DNA of 12,599 nt from a virus (lineage: Duplodnaviria > Heunggongvirae > Uroviricota > Caudoviricetes): IMG/VR virus record IMGVR_UViG_3300050007_000314, positions 1 to 12,599 of that record. The stretch is one strand, 5' to 3'. The notes beneath the pieces are model-generated. The model had not been told where the DNA came from and did no database searches. It worked only from the letters and a program-made list of their open reading frames with translations. The position numbers and the translations under genes were made by a program. This document shows, piece after piece, positions 6,467 through 12,476 of this stretch. How positions within the stretch are numbered: position 1 is the stretch's first letter; every line of letters starts with the position of its first letter.

Positions 6467-7347
6467 TGGAGCCCCCCTGCTAAATCTTTGTCGTGGGTAA
6501 AACTACCGTTCCAGGTGACCTTCATCGGAAGCTTTCCCTTCAGGTAGTTTTTGTACAGCCAGACAGCGCCTTCGCGCAGCAAGACGGGCTGGTAGGAAGT
6601 AAAGCTCACTGCAGAGTTTGGCGATACTTTACTGCTTTTCTCGGTGAGGTATTTGTCGCGGGCATACGAGCGTACACGCCACTGTGCGCTGCGGCCTTCG
6701 GGATTGTCATCGTACAGCCAGTTAGCAGAGACAAGCCAGGCACTGATCTTGGAGGTATTCACACCATTCAGACGCTTACAGAACTGTACAGGGGAAAGCC
6801 CGTCAGTGAAGAGACTCTCGAGATGCTCGATATATTCGGCCTGCTGGTGGGTGAGTGCTTCAGCCTGCTGCTTTGCCTCCATAGCGTCCGCCCAGGCTCG
6901 CGCTAAAGTAATTGGATCAGACATATTGGGCAGCATGACACCGTGGACCTCACGAAGATTGAAGTAATGATCTTCAAGCTGTTCAAAGAAGTCCCAGGCT
7001 AATTCGGTTTCAAGCATTTTCGCATGGCGGGAAGCTCCACGCTCAGTCCAAAGAATAAGTGAAGTAGTGTGTTTATTAACCACATCGCTAAATGATAGTC
7101 GGAACGATTTCAGCTCATCACCAGTGATTTTGAAGAAGTGTTTACCCTCGACAAAGCGTTGCTCGTTTCGAGCGAAGTTTTGCTGAATTCTTACTGGTGT
7201 TGTGCCGTAACCGGCAGCAAGGGAATCCGTTGTCACTACGCGTTGATTGCGATAGGTGATCACCGGAACCGACGAGTGATTAACGGAAATTACTGATGAA
7301 GTGCTATTTTCGGGCGTAGCAGTGCCCCTAACATGATGATTGCTCAT
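6463..7347 (-). CDS. Phage antirepressor/regulatory protein (Rha/ORF6N-like N-terminal domain, KilA-C-like C-terminal region)
   Basis: ORF track 6463..7452. I favour the ATG at 7345-7347 (MSNHHVRGTATPE..., GGAGAG RBS), but the ATG at 7450-7452 also has an RBS-like AGAGGTGG and would overlap rusA by 19 nt. N-terminal region VITYRNQRVVTTDSLAAGYGTTPVRIQQNFARNEQRFVEGKHFFKITGDELKSF resembles phage Rha/antirepressor N-domains from memory; C-terminal half is helical. Family assignment is from recall, not search. Confidence 0.5.
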   Translation of the reverse strand: MSNHHVRGTATPENSTSSVISVNHSSVPVITYRNQRVVTTDSLAAGYGTTPVRIQQNFARNEQRFVEGKHFFKITGDELKSFRLSFSDVVNKHTTSLILWTERGASRHAKMLETELAWDFFEQLEDHYFNLREVHGVMLPNMSDPITLARAWADAMEAKQQAEALTHQQAEYIEHLESLFTDGLSPVQFCKRLNGVNTSKISAWLVSANWLYDDNPEGRSAQWRVRSYARDKYLTEKSSKVSPNSAVSFTSYQPVLLREGAVWLYKNYLKGKLPMKVTWNGSFTHDKDLAGGLQ

Positions 7348-7433
7348 ATTCTCTCCATACTCTGATTGTTGCGACGAGCCTGCACGCCCGTTTCGCTTGC
7401 ACTTTCCGACATTACTGCCATATCGACCAATAT

Positions 7434-7832
7434 TCAACCCACAGCTGGACATATAACCACCTCTTTTTTATATGCCGTTATGGTTATCTCAACTTTTCCC
7501 TTCGGTACTATTGGTCCCCATTCCACCAGCATGCGCTTAATCTGGCTGTCGTCTTCCCAGACACCCGCATGCGTCAGCGCGTCAAACAGGGCTTTGTTGT
7601 AATTATCGATATCCCGACGGCGCGCATCCGGTGGGTACAGAGTGATTTCTACCGCTGCCAGTTCAGTCGATGGCTTCGGGAGACGTCGTAATTGCTCAAT
7701 GATCGCCACGCAGGCAGCGCTCTGGTATTTACGACCATCAGAGCTAATGAGGTGACGACCGGCCAGCGGCCCCTTGTTAGGGGCGCGCCAGTAAGTGTTC
7801 ACGCTCGGAGGAAAAGGCAGGATAAGTTTCAC
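7434..7832 (-). CDS. rusA: Holliday junction resolvase RusA (crossover junction endodeoxyribonuclease)
   Basis: 132-aa product MKLILPFPPSVNTYWRAPNKGPLAGRHLISSDGRKYQ...DIDNYNKALFDALTHAGVWEDDSQI is the characteristic RusA sequence pattern. GTG start overlaps the stop of the upstream methyltransferase (GTGA); GGGGAGAGG RBS. Confidence 0.9.
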   Translation of the reverse strand: MKLILPFPPSVNTYWRAPNKGPLAGRHLISSDGRKYQSAACVAIIEQLRRLPKPSTELAAVEITLYPPDARRRDIDNYNKALFDALTHAGVWEDDSQIKRMLVEWGPIVPKGKVEITITAYKKEVVICPAVG

Positions 7833-8707
7833 GCGGCCTCTCCCCGCATATTGCGAACAAGTTCAGAAGCTGCAGTAATGATTTCGCTGGTGGCCGTTCG
7901 TTCCAGCCAGAGTTGATTTATGTTGGCTTTCAGCTTGTTCTGCTGAGCCTCACTCAATACGTCAACGCCTTCCACTTGGTTGAACACAAGACCAACCTCG
8001 AGAGGCCAGATACGTGACTCAGTTTCCGGTGTTGCTGCTGGTTCCATGGCTGCCTGCATTGCGATTGTTTGCTCTTTACTAACGGCGAATTGAGCCAAAG
8101 CCATAAATGCCCGCCCTTTTTCCTCCAGTTCTGTGCGGTTGATATAGCTGAACCGCTCACCCCGCCACGACTTATCGAATACAGCTATGGCACCGGCAAA
8201 AAACGCGCTGGTGGGTTTCTGTTTTTCGTCAGCAGGTACAAACCACACAGGCAGATCGAACCCAATACGACCACGAATAAACATGATGTGATCGGCATCT
8301 TCCGGCCACCATGTTTCACTTGTGGCAGACTTCACCAGGTAAATATAGCGACCACCTCTTTCACGCATGTCCATGGTGTGATTCATGATGTGTGTCATAC
8401 CCGTAATCGCCTGCTTGTCGTGATACTGGGAGCGGCTATATGGAGGGTTGGCAAAAGCCGCGCCGCCCAGTTCATCCAGACGTTCAGACCAGTTCTGTGT
8501 CAGCGCGTTATCTTCGGCGGTGTACCATGCCGGACACTTCGCGTTATCGTCGTCAGCAAACAGGTCCAGAACTAATGGACCAAATAGCGCGTTGATCCCC
8601 CAGAAAAGCAGATCCGGTGTCCGCCACTGATCGCCAACTTCTTTCAATTCGTGGGCTGGTTGGCTACGTAGTGCCGCCAGCGCCTGGCAATATTTGTTTA
8701 ACGTCAT
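7829..8707 (-). CDS. Phage DNA N6-adenine methyltransferase (Dam-family) with a ~100-aa C-terminal extension
   Basis: 292-aa ORF whose ATG start overlaps the stop of the replication gene (ATGA). N-terminal two-thirds has the phage Dam-type pattern (WRTPDLLFWGINALFGPLVLDLFA ... AAFANPPYS, with the NPPY catalytic motif). C-terminal ~100 aa (RTELEEKGRAFMALAQFAVSKEQ...) is unassigned. Confidence 0.8.
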   Translation of the reverse strand: MTLNKYCQALAALRSQPAHELKEVGDQWRTPDLLFWGINALFGPLVLDLFADDDNAKCPAWYTAEDNALTQNWSERLDELGGAAFANPPYSRSQYHDKQAITGMTHIMNHTMDMRERGGRYIYLVKSATSETWWPEDADHIMFIRGRIGFDLPVWFVPADEKQKPTSAFFAGAIAVFDKSWRGERFSYINRTELEEKGRAFMALAQFAVSKEQTIAMQAAMEPAATPETESRIWPLEVGLVFNQVEGVDVLSEAQQNKLKANINQLWLERTATSEIITAASELVRNMRGEAA

Positions 8708-9561
8708 CCTCTGAACCCCGCAGGAATCGTTGTATCAACCGGACCAAAAGCCATCACATCGCGCTTTTTCGCACCCCAGTCAGCGCGTTTAGGCCGTCCT
8801 TTCTGATCCCAGCGGGTAGCGCTTTGCAGATAGCTCTCGAATTTCTTCGGGCCAAACAGCGTTTCCGGCCTCATGTACTGGTACTGCTCGTCGTTCTCGT
8901 GCCAGTGCTCATGCTTCAGGTCGATAACCAGTTGCAGGTCTGCAACGCTGTACCCCTCACGCAGTCGGGCACGGATGTTCTCCAGGGAGGTTTTTGATTT
9001 CTGATACCGGGATCCGCTGATCTGGTTCAAATGGGACAAAACCAAAATCGCCTGGTCAGTAATCACGACTTCAGGGTCTGGTTGCGCCGCAACCGGACAA
9101 GAGGGTTTTGAAGTTACTTGTGGATCTTGTGTTGATTTTACTGACGGATCCCCGCCAGATTCTGACGGGTCAAAACCGCCGTTTTTGCCAGATTTCGACG
9201 GGTCAGTTTTTGAGGCGTCAAATTTTGATGCGTCAGATTTTGACGTGTCAGAATCTGACAGTTGAGAAAATGCGGCAGCCTGAAGTTTCGCCACATTCAG
9301 ACGATACACGTTCGAAGCATTACGGTTACCATTACGGCGCTGTGTACGCGTGAGCCAGCCATCTTTTTCAAGCTTAGCGATTGCCGTTCTGATAGTGCTC
9401 GGCCCTGCGCCAAGCTGACGAGCAATAGTTTCAATGGACGGCCAGCACACCCCCTCATCGCTGCTGAAATCAGCAAGGCGAGCCATGATCGCGACACTAG
9501 ACAACTTCATGCCCGACGCCGCGCAACCATCCCATACGTAGCCGGTTAATTTAGTGCTCAT
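8704..9561 (-). CDS. Replication initiator protein (lambda O-like role): N-terminal HTH domain, low-complexity acidic Ser/Asp/Lys linker, conserved phage replication C-terminal domain
   Basis: 285-aa ORF with ATG at 9559-9561. N-terminal winged-HTH-like region (LSSVAIMARLADFSSDEGVCWPSIETIARQLGAGPSTIRTAIAKLEKDGWLTR), a central repeat linker SDSDTSKSDASKFDASKTDPSKSGKNGGFDPSESGGDPS, and a C-terminal block (ITDQAILVLSHLNQISGSRYQKSKTSLENIRARLREGYSVADLQLVIDLKHEHWHENDEQYQYMRPETLFGPKKFESYL) recalled as the conserved C-terminus of phage replication initiators. Iteron-like DNA repeats are embedded in the linker-coding region. Confidence 0.7.
   Translation of the reverse strand: MSTKLTGYVWDGCAASGMKLSSVAIMARLADFSSDEGVCWPSIETIARQLGAGPSTIRTAIAKLEKDGWLTRTQRRNGNRNASNVYRLNVAKLQAAAFSQLSDSDTSKSDASKFDASKTDPSKSGKNGGFDPSESGGDPSVKSTQDPQVTSKPSCPVAAQPDPEVVITDQAILVLSHLNQISGSRYQKSKTSLENIRARLREGYSVADLQLVIDLKHEHWHENDEQYQYMRPETLFGPKKFESYLQSATRWDQKGRPKRADWGAKKRDVMAFGPVDTTIPAGFRG
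9137..9265. repeat. Iteron-like tandem direct repeats inside the replication initiator gene; candidate origin of replication
   Basis: Plus-strand tandem units at about 15-bp spacing: GCGTCAAATTTTGAT (9215-9229), GCGTCAGATTTTGAC (9230-9244), GTGTCAGAATCTGAC (9245-9259). Looser copies lie upstream (ACTGACGGATCC at 9140-9151, TCTGACGGGTCA at 9161-9172, TCGACGGGTCAG at 9195-9206). AT-richer flank at about 9100-9140. Analogous to ori-lambda iterons inside gene O. Confidence 0.5.
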
Positions 9562-9902
9562 GATCGTCCGTTATCTCCCTGAATTTTTGCCTGAAATGCT
9601 CAAGTGGGCTGAAGCATTCGTGCGGGTAGCCATCACGCAGATAGATAACGCGCTGTGTTTCTGGCTCCCAGCGGATAACACGGACTGGCACTCCGCGGTG
9701 GTCTTTGAACCTTCGGTTAAGTTCGCGCACAGGCGTTTTGCCCTCCGGTTGTAGACCCCCACAATTGAAACCGCCCTACTGTGGTTACACGGAACCCAGC
9801 GGTTTGATAATCTGCGCTCATACCGAAACAACGGAGTACCCGAAACCGGGATCATCCTTAGTTGCGGTAGACGGTTAAAAGCCGTTAAACTGCTCATGCG
9901 GA

Positions 9903-10454
9903 TTATTTCTCCATACTCGAAGAGTTGTTCGCCAAGGCGCCCGGAGCTGCACACTCGCGGGCGTCACTCTTTTCTGGAAGGCAATAAACTCGTGAAATCA
10001 GGTTCAGGAACGTCATAAGCGTTACCCGGAACTGGTAGGCGATTTCATTCAGACTGTCCCACTCCCCTTTATCAACTACACCATCATCGATGTATCGACG
10101 GTATGCGTTGACCAGATCCCCAAGCCTGCCCACCAGCTCAGCCAGCTTTAAGCCAATTTCTTCGTTCTCTGTTTCTGGTGCTGCGCCAGGGATATGAATC
10201 CCGTTATCTGTTTGACGAGAAAACGCATCTGCTATGTAGCTAACACCGGCGGCTTTCTGTAGCACCATCGCCCATCCCATAGGGAAGATCTGATCCCCAT
10301 CCACACGAAGGCGGTTAAACAATGCGTTCTCTGTCACGCCCAACCATTCCGCAGCCTCAGCATATCCACCAGGCAGATCGGTAATCGTTTTTTTAATCGC
10401 TACCACCAGCCAAGAAGGCTGACGTTCAACTTTCCAAATAGGTTCGTTACCCAC
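9903..10454 (-). CDS. HTH regulator in the cII position (cII/YdaT-like, putative), 183 aa
   Basis: ORF track 9903..10559 would overlap the cro-like gene by 77 nt. I prefer the in-frame GTG at 10452-10454 with AAGGGG 6 nt upstream (MGNEPIWKVERQPSWLVVAIKK...). Helix-turn-helix-like segment GGYAEAAEWLGVTENALFNRLR. Gene order cro-like then this gene then replication initiator parallels lambda cro-cII-O. Function inferred from position and the HTH only. Confidence 0.4.
   Translation of the reverse strand: MGNEPIWKVERQPSWLVVAIKKTITDLPGGYAEAAEWLGVTENALFNRLRVDGDQIFPMGWAMVLQKAAGVSYIADAFSRQTDNGIHIPGAAPETENEEIGLKLAELVGRLGDLVNAYRRYIDDGVVDKGEWDSLNEIAYQFRVTLMTFLNLISRVYCLPEKSDARECAAPGALANNSSSMEK
9936..9977 (+). 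terminator. Possible plus-strand intrinsic terminator antisense to the 3-prime end of the cII-like gene (OOP-like antisense RNA terminator candidate)
   Basis: Plus-strand GGCGCCCGGAG-ctgcaca-CTCgCGGGCGTC (stem about 10 bp with a 1-nt bulge) followed by ACTCTTTTCT. The T-tract exists only on the plus strand. No convincing promoter was found upstream, so this is low confidence. Confidence 0.25.
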
Positions 10455-10482
10455 GGTTAACCCCTTAATTCTGTGGTTACAA

Positions 10483-10725
10483 TTACGCTGCTGAATCTTT
10501 AATCTTTTGAAAAATATCAGGACGTAATTTCTCTCTTGAAACTCCGGTGACCTTTTCAATTAGCGCTGATAGTTTTGCTGGTGGTTTTTTCTCTCTGTTC
10601 AGCCAGTTCCAGACCTGCTGTTGTTTCACTAACCGCCCAGAACTAGCGGTAAGCTTGCGCGCTAACTCTGATTGGCCACCAGCCAGAGCGATTGCCTCTG
10701 AAAGGGCTAACTGCTCGGGAGTCAT
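10483..10725 (-). CDS. Cro-like HTH repressor (YdaS-like, Cro/CI family), 80 aa
   Basis: ORF track 10483..10743 (TTG). I prefer the ATG at 10723-10725 with AGGAG 7 nt upstream (MTPEQLALSEAIALAGGQSELARKLTASSGRLVKQQQVWNWLNREKKPPAKLSALIEKVTGVSREKLRPDIF). The GGQS-x-LAR-x-L ... V-x-QW ... LRPDI pattern matches recalled YdaS/Cro-like proteins. Divergent from the cI-like gene across an operator-rich intergenic region. Confidence 0.7.
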   Translation of the reverse strand: MTPEQLALSEAIALAGGQSELARKLTASSGRLVKQQQVWNWLNREKKPPAKLSALIEKVTGVSREKLRPDIFQKIKDSAA

Positions 10726-10861
10726 AGTTTTCTCCTGTATCAATACATAAAAGTTGTTGCCGATAGAGATTATACAACCTCAACAACTTTTATCACAACT
10801 TTTAGGTGTTGGAAAGCTAAAACATAAAGTTGTAATCTCACCGTAAATAAGGGGGGAAGTT
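10726..10861. promoter_or_regulatory. OR-like divergent promoter/operator region between the cro-like and cI-like genes
   Basis: Four copies of an 8-bp half-site in inverted orientations: AAAGTTGT at 10750-10757 and 10826-10833, ACAACTTT at 10783-10790 and 10795-10802. Minus-strand promoter candidate: -35 TTGTGA, 18-bp spacer, perfect -10 TATAAT (plus 10769-10774). Plus-strand candidate for cI: TTGGAA (10809-10814), 16-bp spacer, TGTAAT (10831-10836). Both overlap the half-sites. Confidence 0.6.
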
Positions 10862-11548
10862 GTGAACACACTGGCGGAAAGACTGAAAGTTGCGAGAGAA
10901 AAAACAGGGTTAAGCCAAGCTCAACTCGCTGAATCAATAGGTGTTTCTCAACAATCCGTAGCAAAAATAGAAAACGGAGATACGTTGCAACCGCGAAAGA
11001 TAAAAGAAATCGCAAATGTATTAGGCGTTAGCCAAAAGTGGTTGCAACTAGGCATTGAGGAAAATGCTTCACTTTCTGATTTTGTGGTTGGAGAGGCTGA
11101 AAGTGCCAGTTTAGACCCTGCCATTTTCGCTGACATACCAGTACTAGATGTAGAGTTATCAGCAGGAAATGGTTGTGAAGCCGAAATTGTAGAGTCTGTA
11201 ATTGACTGGTTTCCTATCCGAAGAATGGATCTAAGGAAAGCTGGAGTCAGCGCTTCAAATGCTAGGATCGTAAAAATTTGGGGGAACAGCTTATTGCCAG
11301 TTCTCAATAACGGCGATCATGTTGCTGTTGATATCGCACAGACAAACCCTATTCGAGATGGCGATTTATACGCTGTCAGAGATGGGGTCCTGCTAAGGGT
11401 CAAAGTGCTAATAAACCAACCTGATGGTGGTTTAATTATAAGAAGCTTCAACAAAGATGAGTATCCAGATGAAATACTCACCTTCAATGAACGCCGCGCA
11501 AGAATTCATGTTATCGGCAGGGTGTTTTGGTCATCACGTTCATGGTAA
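10862..11548 (+). CDS. cI-like prophage repressor (N-terminal XRE-type HTH, C-terminal S24 LexA-like autopeptidase domain)
   Basis: 228-aa ORF with GTG start and a G-rich RBS (AAGGGGGG) about 5 nt upstream. N-terminal HTH LSQAQLAESIGVSQQSVAKIENGD; C-terminal S24-like region with the Ser motif in KIWGNSLLPVLNNGDHVAVD and a downstream Lys (LLRVKVL). Only substantial plus-strand gene in the window; AT-rich. Confidence 0.9.
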   Translation: MNTLAERLKVAREKTGLSQAQLAESIGVSQQSVAKIENGDTLQPRKIKEIANVLGVSQKWLQLGIEENASLSDFVVGEAESASLDPAIFADIPVLDVELSAGNGCEAEIVESVIDWFPIRRMDLRKAGVSASNARIVKIWGNSLLPVLNNGDHVAVDIAQTNPIRDGDLYAVRDGVLLRVKVLINQPDGGLIIRSFNKDEYPDEILTFNERRARIHVIGRVFWSSRSW

Positions 11549-12421
11549 TACGCCAAATAACATTTCCTCTGAGATAATTTTTAGCTTTGCGCCATTATCG
11601 TCGCGATAGCTAACAGCTTTCTCTATCTTTCTCCCGTGGCTGGAAAATTTCCAGTCTCTGGATGATAGGGTTCCGACTACAAGGAAGTCCAGTTTTTGGG
11701 TAATTCCATTACTTATTTTCCCCCCTGCACTTTTGATCCGTTCCTCTACCACCGCTCGCTTACCTGCCATAAAGGTACCCGTTAAACAGTAGGTTTTGTC
11801 CGTAAGATCAACGACTACATTATTATCAATCGGTAGCCTCGTCGCCAATCCATCAACAACACCGCTATCTAGATCGCATCCAGTAAAGTCAACAAGTGCT
11901 TTATGTAGAGTTTCGCTTTCTTCTGGAGTTATTACCCCATCGTTAAGGATATCTTTTATTAGAATGTACAAATCCTTCCCTGGGTAGTTACTCTTAAGAG
12001 CCCCATTTTGTGTTAACCACCAGTCGAGATATCTAATTTCATCTTCCGTCAAGGTCCTATCCGAGATCAGCCCTTTACACAATCCACTAAGAAGATGTAG
12101 ATCCATTTCAGCAGAATAAAAATCAATTCCAGGAATATCTAAAATTTCTCTTTGGATTTTTGTCAGACTGTTTTTGAGTTCTTTTCTTTCTTCCTCTGTA
12201 ATCACCCCATCAGCTAAAATATCTGAGACCCTCGCCGATAGACTCTTAATAACCCCATTTCTTATAATTTGATTTGCTTCAAGTAGCCATGTGTCAAGGT
12301 AAAGAACTTCCTCATCTCTTACCACCCCATCAGCAACAATACCATCAATGATACTGATTAGGTTCGCAAACAACTTATCTCTATTGTGTGTGTAATTAAA
12401 TACGTAAAGCTTGTCTTCCAT
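11540..12421 (-). CDS. Accessory protein of unknown function: N-terminal TerB-like repeat region plus C-terminal BRCT-like domain (293 aa)
   Basis: ATG at 12419-12421 with AGGAGG 5 nt upstream. Four repeats of an ADG-type helix motif (IIDGIVADGVVRDEEVLYL, VSDILADGVITEEERKEL, GLISDRTLTEDEIRYL, IKDILNDGVITPEESETL) resembling TerB domains. C-terminal DKTYCLTGTFMAGKRAVVEERIKSAGGKISNGITQKLDFLVVG...AKLKIISEEMLFGVL resembles the BRCT domain of NAD-dependent DNA ligases. GC roughly 35-40 percent by eye. Convergent with cI, 9-nt 3-prime overlap. Confidence 0.7.
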   Translation of the reverse strand: MEDKLYVFNYTHNRDKLFANLISIIDGIVADGVVRDEEVLYLDTWLLEANQIIRNGVIKSLSARVSDILADGVITEEERKELKNSLTKIQREILDIPGIDFYSAEMDLHLLSGLCKGLISDRTLTEDEIRYLDWWLTQNGALKSNYPGKDLYILIKDILNDGVITPEESETLHKALVDFTGCDLDSGVVDGLATRLPIDNNVVVDLTDKTYCLTGTFMAGKRAVVEERIKSAGGKISNGITQKLDFLVVGTLSSRDWKFSSHGRKIEKAVSYRDDNGAKLKIISEEMLFGVLP

Positions 12422-12476
12422 ACAGCCTCCTCTTTTTTATACATCCTTGCATTCATCTCATCTTCAATCAAACCAC

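Noticed and set aside
6493-8997. Plus-strand ORFs 6493..6906, 6644..6967, 7366..7602, 7692..7916, 8069..8575, 8448..8630, 8617..8997 and the minus-strand ORF 7954..8160
   Set aside because: Antisense or out-of-frame to the antirepressor, rusA, Dam and initiator genes, which have strong family signatures and coupled starts.
9137-9265. Possibility that the tandem repeats are a CRISPR array
   Set aside because: Units are only about 15 bp with no unique spacers of CRISPR length; they lie inside a coding sequence and fit iterons, not CRISPR repeats.
9108-9549. ORFs 9108..9353 (+), 9262..9549 (+), 9297..9497 (-) inside the initiator gene
   Set aside because: Shadow ORFs; the plus-strand ones partly arise from the iteron repeats and give repetitive low-complexity translations.
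9554-9754. Plus-strand ORF 9554..9754 (64-66 aa) as a confident gene
   Set aside because: No Shine-Dalgarno upstream of either candidate start, and the start overlaps the initiator start codon on the other strand. Kept only as a possibility in the findings, not annotated as a CDS.
9571-9954. Minus-strand ORF 9571..9954 (127 aa) in the cII-initiator gap
   Set aside because: Overlaps the cII-like 3-prime end out of frame; the translation is Cys/Arg/Ser-rich and non-protein-like; no RBS. The gap is treated as non-coding or regulatory.
1695-10743. N-terminal extensions given by the ORF track for several minus-strand genes (1695..1733, 2220..2378, 2410..2511, 10455..10559, 10726..10743)
   Set aside because: The extensions would overlap upstream genes or regulatory elements and lack RBS support; internal ATG/GTG starts with good Shine-Dalgarno motifs were preferred.
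10547-11307. ORFs 10547..10750 (+), 10770..11015 (-), 10948..11307 (-)
   Set aside because: Antisense to the cro-like or cI-like genes, or spanning the operator region; low-complexity products; the cI and cro-like calls explain the region.
11796-11987. Plus-strand ORF 11796..11987 inside the accessory gene
   Set aside because: Antisense shadow of the 293-aa minus-strand ORF, which has a perfect RBS and clear repeat and domain structure.
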